64,000 nt of DNA from Geosiphon pyriformis uo1 (lineage: Eukaryota > Fungi > Glomeromycota): positions 250,173 to 314,172 of the forward strand of contig JAAOMT010000258.1 in assembly GCA_016748015.1 (NCBI GenBank). The letters are read 5' to 3'. Positions within the stretch are counted from its first letter, which is position 1. Every line of letters begins with the position of its first letter. The position numbers and the translations under genes are program-made. The notes beneath the pieces were generated by a model, which was not told the origin of the DNA, did not search any database, and saw nothing but the letters and a program-made list of their open reading frames with translations. Of this stretch, positions 38,401 to 50,105 are shown piece by piece.

Positions 38401-41400
38401 CTCCACAAGCCAAACATGATTTATTATCTTATTTTTCCACTCGTTTTGGTCTTTCAAAGCATTCAATGAGACATAAGCAGCAATAAAACTTAGTTGCCAT
38501 CTGGTATTCTTTATCATTGCCACAGTATGCACTCATTGATGACAATTTCTTATCACAATTGATGCACTTTAGTTTTGGGTAATAATAATTAGATGATTGT
38601 GATTGAGTGTAAGTATATGAATAGTGAGTGATGGTTGGTATTAGATCTTCTTCCTTCTTTTTCTCTTTTCTCTCCTGATTGTCTTTTTTTTATTCCCAAG
38701 TTGTTATTAGTTTGTCTTGATTGTTGTCAGTTTCCCAGGCTTGGTTAGCATTCCAGATAAGTTCTTTCTTTTATTTCTTTTTTCATTGTTATTTCAAGAG
38801 AGTATTAGTAGTAGCTCATTGTGGTCTTTGTCAGTCCAGGACACTTAATAAGCTTTCCAGATAGGTTTTTCTTTTTCTTCCTCAAATTTGATAAATGGGT
38901 CTAATGGCATAGTGATGGGTTTGAAGTGTCTACACATGGCAGGTACTCACGTATGTTAACTATTCTGGCTAAGCTGTAGTTCCTGTATGTTCCAGTTAAG
39001 CATGGTGTTTGTTTTAACTAGCCAGTTATTATCAACTAGTGCTTAGTACTGCATAGTTTCTATTACCAAAACTTTGATTGGAGTAATAATACTGTTTACT
39101 TTAAAGAGAAAATTATCAATCTCACCAATGGGAGTCTTGGTCACTTCATTGGCTATTATTATCCTGGCACTGGCAGCATGATCAACTCAACAACTTAATT
39201 GGTCCATGAGTTGTCATATGATAATACTGCCTGCTAACCCACTATTAAGGATGAGTTTGATAGCGTGACCATTTACTTTAGCATTAGTGTACATGGCAGT
39301 GATTGGTTTTTTCTCAAGTGTGGCTTCACTAAACAAAGAAGTTGCTGATGGTTCTTTAATTTCAAAGAGAAATATAGTTGTGAGTGACTCATTTTCCATG
39401 ATGGTGGCTGGTGGTATGTTGCTGGTAAATGATTTCTGGTTTGTTTCCAAGTTGTTGGATGAGACATCTTTTGGAGTAACCAGGAGACTTAAATAGTTCT
39501 GAGAACTCGGGTTTTGAGTATATCCAGTTCCTGAACTCCACTGTCATGATCCTAATGGCTGGTTGGATGAACTAGAAATTGGTTGGTGAATAACCATTGC
39601 CAATCTCCAGTTTTAGATAACTCTTGACCTGGGATTTCTGGATGTCATCTGAACTGAGTTTGATAGTGGTGTTAGAATTGGTGGTTGTTGATATATTATT
39701 TATGGCTGTGGTTAATAAATAATTGGTGCTGCCAGTTGATAGAGTGGAGCTTGATATACTGGTGGTTGATAAATTGGTGGCTGTGTCACTGGTAAGTAAT
39801 TCAATTAATATATTTCTGGATTGGGTTGATATCTCAAAGTTTGAAACTGGCAATTAGGGTTTCAATATTAATTTTCCAATCATTGGTTTTCTATTCTTAA
39901 TCTGCAGTCAATTCTCAAATGTCCTTGTTTACCACAGTAGTAGCAAACATGTGTTTCCTGTTGTCACTATTGATTAGTGAAAAATAATAAACATGATTAA
40001 TTCTGGGAATGATTCACATTTTCTTGATTATTGCATCATTGTGAAAATTAATAAATTGTTTGATTGTTAGCTAAGTATCTCTTTAATTTTTGGTTGATAG
40101 AATCACTGAATTGTTTCAACTTAGAATCCAATTCAGATGATCTGTTCATTACTAAATTTATGGCTTAAACATGGTTAGCTTCAACTTTAGCTGCTTCAAA
40201 ATTTTGGGCATTTGTAACTGTGGCTTGAAAGTCTGCTGAATGCATTGGGCATACATGCTGGAGGATGCTACTGCATAGACCTCTAATGAATTGATTTAGG
40301 ATTTGTGGTGCTGTAAAATAATCAATCTGAATTGCCTAAATTTGGCGCAGATTCTTATAGAATCATTTTAGGTAAGTGGTGACTGCTTTATTTTCCTCTT
40401 GCTTGATAGTAGTGAAGGTGTTTGCTAGACAATTAATACTATTATTATTGCTGAAATATTGTAGGAATGCAAACTTGAATGTATTGAAATCCTGGAGTTT
40501 GTTGGCTAGGCTTTGATACCATGAGTTGGCGGTATCCTAAAGAAAATAGGGAATGGCTTGTATGGCTCTGGCATTATCTCATCTATTGACTGCAATGGCT
40601 TTTTCCATATCATTTAGTCATACTTGGGCATCATCTTTTTTGCCAGTAAATTTCTCAAGTTTTGCAATTGGTGCGTATGCTATTTGTTGTTGTTGCTGTG
40701 ATGGTAATAGTTGAAGTTGTTGTTATAGTTGTTGAAGCAGTTGTTGTGGTTGCTAAAGTGGCTGTTGTTAAATTAGTTTAATAATCAGTTCAATTGGTAG
40801 CTGATTGATAATAATTATTAGAAGTAAAGTTTTGCTGATTAATTATTTTGGGGTTTGGATTGTTTTGAGTTTGTTGGATTTGAATGTTTGGAGTTTCAAC
40901 TTTCGGATTTTTTAGGATTGGGTTTTGGTAAGTAAATTCCTGATCCTCACTTCCTTCTTCTTCTGATTCTGTTACTTCCCACGAACTCGCGATTCCAAAA
41001 TTTGGTTGAGATAGCAGTGATTGGAATCCTGATGGTATTGGTGATCACAATTTAAACTTTTTAAAATATTTGCCATATGGTTCTAGTAACTTTGCTCTTC
41101 TTTGTTTACTTTGAAATAGGAATTGTCCAAAGGTTGATGTTGCGTTTGATGTGGACATGTCTGTTGATGAGATATTAATAGTACTTTTTAGTGTATAATG
41201 GTATAATAAATTGGTAGGTAATTCAATTCTGGTTTTCTTCCAAATGGGTGGTTGTATTTGTTTTGGTATTACTGCTGGTGTTTGCAATCTTTCTTTGCCT
41301 TTGTCTGCATAGGTGATGAGGAATTGTTGTTGTGTGTATCTTTTAATGGTTTAATTGATTTCCCTGATGATTGGTATGAAACTGTAGTTTCTTGGTAAGC

Positions 41401-42517
41401 TGGTATGTTAAAATAATTTTGTATAGAAATTTTCTCTTGTGGATTCAATATTAACTGTTTCTCCTAAACAGTCTGTAATTTTATCATTAATATAGAAGTT
41501 AAAGGCTGATTCTGCTGGAAAATGGTTATTGTTTAATCCCAATTGTTAATTGTATTGTTGAAACAAGAATTTGGTGAATTCTAAATGGTTTGTTCCTATG
41601 ATTTCTGGTTCTGCCACTTTTGGATGATTGTTGTTGGTGCTGTTTTTTATAGGATTATACCTCATAAGAAGCACCAAATATTACAGATAATTATTTGGGG
41701 TCTCAAATCAAATAACAAATTTGTAACTTGGTGCTTGATTAATATTCTACCATTGGTATCTGAAGGTTTTGTTGTGGAGTTCTTTGTATAATAGACAGAG
41801 ATTTAATAATTGTTTTCAATAGTCTCTTGGAATCACAATTCCATCAAATTTCTTTTTTAGTGTGGTGGCCAGTAATCCTTCTAGTAAGCTATCCTCAAAG
41901 CTATAAGTGTTTTACCCTTGTTTCACGGGTCTTTTACCAGTCCTTATAATATCTGTATCTCAGTGTTTAATCTTTTTAATCAATTAGTAATAACAACAAA
42001 GAAAAAAAAATAAAATAAAAGAAATAAAAAATAAAAAATAAGCCAAGACAATAATGATTAGTATTTTGTTAATAGCCATGACCAAAAGCTATTGTTCCAG
42101 TGTGATTAAGTATTAATTGCTATTAACATAAAGTGTTGATAGTAAAGAGTAGATTGCAATAATGAATAATTATTTATTAATATTTGTGTATGGAAAGGTT
42201 GTTTAGATTAAATTTAAACTGAGAGGTTTCTAACCAAAGAATTCTGTCTTTTTTTCTTTCTAATCTTACTGCTATATATACATAATTGAGATTCCTCAAT
42301 TTCTTACACCAGGAATTCTGAAATTTCTGGAATTCTGCAATTTTTCTTGAAAAGAATCCTGGAATTTTGAAATTCTGCAATTCTTTGTATGAGAATCCTG
42401 AAATTTTTAGAATTCTGCAATTTCTCTGAGAAAAATCCTGGAATTTCACATTTACTATGGTTATTTCTGATTAGCTAATTTATGCTAATATATACTTTCT
42501 ATATTTTATAAGTAACA
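32499..42517 (-). mobile_element. Ty3/Gypsy LTR retrotransposon B (same family as A), inverted and nested in the 3' LTR of A
   Basis: 3' LTR 32499-33363, PPT 33364-33379, 5' LTR 41679-42517, PBS TGGTGCTTCTTATGAGG (41660-41676, minus). Order gag-PR-dUTPase-RT-RH-IN. TSD ACAG (32495-32498) / ATGG (42518-42521). Confidence 0.92.
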
Positions 42518-42969
42518 ATGGCTATTAACAGGATACTAACTTGTAATTGCCTTGGCTTATTTTTTTTATCTTTTTTTTATCTCTTTTATTTTTCTTTTCT
42601 TTATTTTTATTTTGTGTTTACTAATTGATTGAAGATTAAGTACTGAATTATTGATGTTAAAGATAGCCTGGTAAAAGATCCCAAAGAAAAGATATAGAAT
42701 TAAGAATTTAAAGATAGCTTATCAAAAGGATATTTCTGCCAGATTACTAGCCACTATACTGAGAAAGAAATTTGACAGAATTGCAATTCTAGGAGGCTAC
42801 TGAAACACTATTGAATCTCTGTCTATTATACAAAAAACTCAACCAAAACTTTCAGATAATCAAATTTTCAGATATAAACAACCTTTAGAAACCAACATCA
42901 TTATATCAATTGAGTACTAAGTTACAGGTTTGTTATTTGATTTGAGACTCCAAATAATCACCTGTAATA

Positions 42970-43607
42970 CCATTAACATGATAAAAATTTTTTTTTATAT
43001 TTAATAATTTATTATCAGTATTTTTTCCAAATCCAGCAGAAAGTTCAATATTTAACATAAAAAATTGTCAAATTAAAATTCTTTTTTTTCAAAACATATA
43101 ATTCAATTAATAAAAGCTGCTTAAAAACATTAAAATATTATTGTCATTACTTAACTTTATAAAAGATGGAGTTTTTGACAAGTAACTTAATATGTAAATC
43201 TGTGTATAAGTTTTCTGTAGTATTATATTGTTCATATTTTTATTAACCATTAAAGTATCTGAATTCACATAACTAATTTTTTTAGTAATTGTGTTTTTCA
43301 TATTTTCTATGTTTAACAAATCACTAATACTACTAACTTTACTGCCAACTTTGCTTCTTTAAAACACTATAGACTTCTTATCAAATCTACTAATATTTTT
43401 AAATCTTAAAAAGCCAGTAAATAAATTGATTATATTAATACTTATATCAGATTTCTTTGGTTTTTTATAAGATATACTGTGAAAATAGATATTTTTAACA
43501 CATTTTTTTTAATGCTTAAGCAAATTCCAAACCAGTCAAATTAAAATTAAAATTATTAACAGAAAAATCTACTAATTCTATTATAACAAAAATAGATATA
43601 TTAAAAG
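42970..43607 (-). mobile_element. LINE-a 5' portion (ORF1 N-terminus), continuation across the Gypsy A insertion
   Basis: Removing one TSD copy (CCAT 42970-42973 / TTAT 22977-22980) restores ORF1 HVNGFGKTST. Homologous to the ORF1 N-terminus at 60752-61056. Confidence 0.82.

Positions 43608-43661
<54 letters not shown>
43608..43661 (+). repeat. 54-nt pure A homopolymer (poly-T at the 5' end of LINE-a)
   Basis: Direct count. Abuts the LINE-a 5' UTR; other copies also have T-rich 5' leaders (e.g. 60633-60695). Confidence 0.85.
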
Positions 43662-43662
<1 letters not shown>

Positions 43663-44101
43663 ATTTTTTCAATAAATTTATGTTTTTATTATAACCAGAG
43701 AATTAATAAAAGAAAAAATTTTTTAAAATTTAAATTGATTAATTTTTTATTTATATAGTTTTTAAAATTAATAACTTGGATTTTTAAATTAATAATTAAT
43801 CTTAATTTATTTTTTGGTTTTTTAATAATTATTAAAATTATATTTAAAAAATTTTAAAAATTGTAATTATTAAAATTATTATTTTAAAAAAGTTGTATTT
43901 AATAAATAATAATAATATTATTATTATTATAAATATTAATATTTAAAATATTTAATTTATAATTATTTTCTAGTTTTTTTAAGTATTATTATAATTAAAA
44001 TTTATAGTTTTTATTAACCACCTTATTTTTAAATAGTAATTATTAAATTAATTGTTAATTTAATTGTTAACTATTTTTAATAACTATATAAATAATATAT
44101 A

Positions 44102-47100
44102 TTTTTTTTATTATGAATTTAATGAGTAAAGTCTAACCACTATCTAATATATAGAATTAAACTAAGTGGATCAGACTAAACACAGTTTATATACTTGCTA
44201 TATGTGACCAGTCATTTAAACCAGACAAGGCTATATTACATGTCTATGTGAACATATATATTATTATCTAAACCAGAAAAAAATGACACAATCTGCATTT
44301 ACCAAAATTAATTACAAAAGATTTTAATACACCAAACATATAAACTACTTCATCAGACAACAGAGACACCAAACAGCAAGACAAGCCCAAAATCATACCA
44401 TCATCTTTGACTAAGCCAGTTCTCTTTATATCTACTTTATGCTTAGACTTAACAAGCCATATCTTGATGTAATGCAGATCTACCACAAACTTGATATAAT
44501 TAATAAGGGCCAAAATGGCACTTTCTTTTCCTTTAAAGCTCAAAATTGTCTTAGCATATCAATTACATAAAACAAAATCTTTGCAAATTGCAGTATATAG
44601 GCCCATGTCTGAGGAGTATAAGAAAAGAGAGCACAATATGACTAATACAGATGAGCAAAAAAGACCCATTAATGACACCCATCTTCTAGCAGCTTCAGCC
44701 AAAACATTTTCATAGAGATTAGTATCACTTGAATACATAAAAGCATGATTAGACAACTTTACTTCATCATACAGCAAGCATAGCACTCTAGAATAATCTC
44801 TATTGTACAATCTCTTCCTAATTATTACAGACAGCCATCTATACACTGCTTTTATCAAATACATTTGCAAATTAGCTGACTTTTGACTAGTAAGTCCAGA
44901 GAACATATGCAAATCTGGATGCCAAACCTTTATAGTAGTATTCCAATCTATATTCCTAATCATAACACTTAAGATTACATCACAACCAGAACCAGTCTTT
45001 CAACAAGCACAGCAAATCAATCAGTATATATCACGAACAAAATGATAAACATTATCAAATACAGCAGTACTCTTAGTAACCAAAAATCATTTTTGAATTC
45101 CAACTGGCAAAGAAAAAAAAGAGAAAGTGGCTTTATCTGCTATTATATTAGCCTTGAAATTGCCCAACAGTTTCAAATATCCCTTAACCTTTATTCATTT
45201 TGCCAAAATGTCTTTATTTCTAAGAAGATTGGTTATATGCAATTGTTTGATCCAATAATAATTATGAAAGTCAGGCACAATTAACAAAGTCTTAAACACA
45301 TAAGCATCAATAGCAGATTGGCTGTCCAAGTAAAAAACTACAGAGCACAATGATAGAACACACTTCAATGCCAAAACAACAGTCTGCAACTTGGCCATAG
45401 TGAAAAACAAAAGCCTATTTACTTTTATCTCAACACCTTTTTCTACTACTGGAAAGTAAACAGCTATTCTATTTACCACTTCAGCCAATTTAGCATCTTT
45501 TAAAGACCCATTTGTATAAATTTCAATACAATCAAACCAAATTTCTAACAAACTATTACACACATCAGAAAACACTTCAGACTCCAAGATATTTACTATA
45601 GGCAATCTGAAAACTATAGCAGACTTAACTTCCAAAGAAATACTTTTGTTCAAAAACTCAGATGTCAACACAAACCAATGAGGTATAGAGTCTATTAGAT
45701 CTAACTTTTTTCATCATTGAAAAGTCTTTCAGTTCATTATTCTCCCTTTTTGTCTAAAAACCTGTTATCAAAAACAACACCAAACCACTTTAAAGACAGA
45801 ATTAAATCATAGTACAAGAGCTATCCCAAGATATAAAACATTGAAAATCTACCAGACTCTCAAAAAGTGGTAGATAAATTATTTGCCAAAGACAACTCAT
45901 TATCCAAAAAAATTTTTACTATCTCAGCCAAAAAATTGTTCACTAGACTTATATGTAGTCTGACAGAAAATTGCAAAAGATTCAGAAGGGACCATCCCAG
46001 AATCTGTAAATCCAAAAACCTATGCTCAAATAAATGACCTAAAATACCATAAATATTGGAAAAAAAATTAAAGCAGTCAGCTATTTTTTAAACTGCATTT
46101 GCTTAAAAAGTTTTAAATCATATAAAGATAGATAATACAAAACCTCATTGGGAAAGTTATGTGGTAAACTGGCTTTGGCTCTAAAATCTCTTCTGACTAT
46201 TACATCCTACTTGCAATACATACCTGACAAAACAAAACAAAACTGTATCTTGTAGCTAACAATTGGCTACAAAATAGCTGAAACCAAGTATGAAATTTGT
46301 TTATCTGTGATAGCCTTCTTCAATACAGCATTAGAAAAGAACCTAATATTTATATGAGTCTGAGCCAAACTAGGCTTAGAAAGGTCTTTAATAAACAAAA
46401 AAATATCTAAGTATTTGTGTATCTTACTCCTCTTAGCAATTGAAATTGGCAAACTATTAATCAACAGAGAAGCAAACCAAATACTTTGATTAAATAAAAT
46501 GACTACTGTCTTATTATTATTGATTGAAATGTTATTGATCTCAAAAAACTCATTAGCAATATTCAAAATATACTGTGTGGAAGTTTGACAACTTCCAACC
46601 CAAATTGTATTATTAACAAAGGTGCCAGTAGCCAAAAAAAAAGTCATCTCTCCAACAGCTTCAACTCTGCCAGACTTTGCCACAAACCTAGTATCAATTC
46701 TGTATTTACACAAATGCTCATATCTTTTCACTTTACACAAGAGTGGATTATAGAAAATTCTTTAAAGAAATGAAAAAAAACCCTTATTCTAATCCAAACT
46801 ATTATGTACTCTATAACCATCTGAAAAACCAAAGTTGGTTATTACTCTATTGATCCAATCTTCATAAATGTTGCCAAAAAACTTGATAAACTGATTACAC
46901 ATTTTAATATAAAGCAAGTTAGCTTTCAAATAATGTTAGCTCAATGAATTATAAACTTTGTACATATCTTAAAGCACTAACCAAAGCTTTTTATTCTTCT
47001 TTAGAGCATTTTTAATAATTAATCCAATGGCAAAGATAGAAGACTGAGTCAAAATGCTCTTTAACACCAAAAAATTATTACTATAAAGAATGTCAAATTT

Positions 47101-50100
47101 GCTGCAAGCCAATAAAATCTGATCAGAAAAAATTTTAGACAAGATTTTCTAAGTTGTATCGACTAATACAATAGATCTAATATTTATCAAAATGCTATTC
47201 TAATTGTAAGGTTTTAGAATCATCAAAACCCACACTCTCTTTCAAGGAGTCAAAACCTTACCCAAAGTCAAACACAAATTCAATAGCTTTAAAAGATAGA
47301 CCAACACCTCATTATTATAATGTTTTTAAAGTTCATTAAGTATCCTTAACAATTTAGCAGCTTTATTATTTAACAGATTATTAACAATTAAAGACAATTC
47401 TTCTATATCAATTTCTTTTATCACATCAAAGAAAGCAGTATTATTTATGTAATCCAGAGGCATATATTAATAAGACTACAAATCAGACATTCTTGGGAGC
47501 ACTAAATGTTTCTTTGTCTATCCTTCTATAATCTTATTAACTTTGAGTTTAATCTTATCAGGTTCTACTACCAGTTCATCATCTACCACCAAATAATCCA
47601 GAACAACTTTGCAAAATAGATGTTCTAGAATGCTCTTTATCATATACTCTTTGTCAAAACAAAAATTTTCTATACAACAGTTAATAGCTTTCCTAATAGC
47701 CATATTTTCAGCAACCTTTAACTTATAATATTTAGACTTCCAATACATTTTTTGCACTAATAACAAATGCTTAATGAAATCCATTAAACTTGTACTACTT
47801 GAAACCATGACAATAAACTTGAATATCTTAATCTCATCAATAGATAACCAAACTTTAACAAGACAGTCAAAATTTAGAAAATCTTTAGAATTCCAACTCT
47901 TTACAATCTTTGTGATAAGTCACTCCAATTTAAAGAATTTTAAAGATTGTTTATTTCTTAAACAATCATATTCACTATATCAAATTTTAGAAAACACTGT
48001 ATTAACAGTCTGTATCAAAATCTCTTCTAACATTTTCTATATTATATCCAAGTCTGTATTGTCTTTTGCTTTCTCAAACATGTTTGATCTAATCAACAAC
48101 TTGGTAGAGGATTGGTCTCTGAAACTTAACCATTGGACTTTATTCACATCATTCAACTTGAATTTCCACTGGTTTTAGTTGGCCTGTTTACAAGTGCTAA
48201 TAAGATAAGTATTTAAAAGTCTACCCAAACTGATTAAAATTGAAACTGCCTTATAATCTGTATTAAAAAACTCTGAAACATTATCAACTTTATGTAATGT
48301 GATTACAAATAACAGATTTTCACTTACAAAAACATAATTCAGCACCTTTATGACTCTTCTAGAATTGCTCCAAGTAGAAGTTTTGGCCAAAAAATGTCCA
48401 TTAAAAGTATTAACTAGTCATAGGTCCACATAAAATTTGAAACTCATACTCCTTTCAAATCTATTCTCATCAAAGTTATTACCTAGCACCATGAAAAAAC
48501 TAGAATTAATTACTTTGAATATCATGGAGTTGATATAGACCCAAAACCATAACTGAAAGCTTGTTTCTAAACAAAAAACATACAGAAACCAGCTAACCAG
48601 AAATTTTTTCCATTTTAGACACATAACAAGCCAAAGAATTGTTTATAATAATAGCAATTTCTGTACCAAGAAAACCCATATCCAGACCAGAAGTAAAAAT
48701 TTGAACTTTATCAAACTTATTCATGATTCATGGTCTAATACTAGATCTTAATTTTGTTTCAATAACAATAGAAACCAAGTTACCTAAATCCTTATGTCAA
48801 CAAACAATGTCTTCTTGTTTTATAAAAACATTGATGTCTTTAACATTGCACATAGCAAACTTTCAGATTAAATCTGTTATTAAGATAAAAAGATAGCCAA
48901 AGAATTTACACCAGAGCACAACTGATCTAATTTCTCCAAAACTGAGTTAACTAACACTTTCAGAGTTACTATTTTCAATTTCAGACCACTTATTTTGGTG
49001 GTAAAAACTTTTGAACTACTTGAACCAAGATCAAAAGTGACACTATCAACAATGGAAAGAGGGGGAGTGGGGGCCAACAATGCACTATTCATAACCACAT
49101 CCAAATTAAGCACCAATAATATTGAAGCAAGAATAATTGGGGCCATAAAATCAGATATTGGCACCAAGAGTACCAGTTCCATGCTATTTAACTTATGTAC
49201 TATACTTAACACTTGGTCAGTCAAGAGTTCTAATAAGTGTTCCAAGAAAGCCAGACAGCCAACAATAGAAGAATTATTCTGAACAACCAATGGAGATTTC
49301 CCAACACTTTAAAAACTAGAAAACTAAGAACTAGAACCAGAAACCAAATAAGAGTTACTACCAGAAAAGGCAGCAAATAAAACTACCTGGGCCCAAGATT
49401 TGCCATTAAAGACAGCAGAATAAGAAATAAAAACACACTTTTTAGCATATAATTTGGCCAGTTAAAGGTAATTTGCCCCAAAAACAGATCTTTTAAATAA
49501 TTTTAGAATTTTAGAATTAAACACAGTTGTTGTATTATATTCCAAAGTGGTATAACCAAATTTCTCATATTTTTTGCACCAGACCAGATCTATTCTTGTC
49601 CAAGAAAGTTTTATATTACCAAATATTGGCTCAGTGTAATATGCAGAATTCAAATCTTTATCAAATTTAAAACCAACCACAGCATAGTAAATTTAGTTAC
49701 CAGTATCGAGTGAGTAATTGATGATATATGTTTTACTACCAACCTCTTCCAAAAGAGTGCCCAAATCATAAGCAGTTGTTCTCACAGGCAAAGTAAACAA
49801 CAGAGCTCTGAATTAATCTTTTGATACCCAGATATTACAAATTTCTACAATCATAGCCACACATACTGAATTTTTTCCAATCAAGAAGAACAATTTAGCA
49901 GCCAACTATTTAGCCTTACCCAATTTGGCAAATTTTACCACAGTTTTTTGCTATATTCTAATTAACTGAATTTTGATTGACTTAATTTTACCAAATTTAA
50001 ATACTACAACAACAATTATTTCCTTAAACATGTCCATGAGAATTTTTTTAATAACCACAGCATGATTTAATCTTATTTCTTGTCTCTTAAGATTGCTGTT

Positions 50101-50105
50101 TATAT
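44102..50105 (-). mobile_element. LINE-b 3' portion: ORF1 C-terminus, APE, RT, RNase H, 3' UTR, poly-A; interrupted by Gypsy C
   Basis: Poly-A at 44102-44109 (minus). RNase H IYTNGS..AKLQ..LDSQ (45195-45671). RT TFVNNTIW (46267-46740; decayed FVDD). APE KFAMCNV..IN and TWSNSRR..LNYVF..TDY. ORF1 48880-50105. Confidence 0.88.

Larger units (their letters stand above)
22981..42969 (+). mobile_element. Ty3/Gypsy LTR retrotransposon A (dUTPase-bearing), degenerate; its 3' LTR is split by element B
   Basis: 5' LTR 22981-23817 (TGTTAC...TGTAATA), PBS ~23820-23836, gag with CHYCGKQEH knuckle (~25532), protease LILNSRS (~26255), dUTPase (~27727-28122), RT/RNase H (~28690-29950), integrase (~29985-31445), PPT ~32126-32140. 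3' LTR 32141-32498 + 42518-42969. Confidence 0.92.

Noticed and set aside
39572-39853. Ser/Thr-rich ORFs (also 56632-57102) as mucin-like genes or evidence of a gag-pol frameshift
   Set aside because: They are the alternative frame of the Gln/Pro-rich gag linker, whose true frame is closed by CAA>TAA decay. The gag frame appears to continue into the protease.
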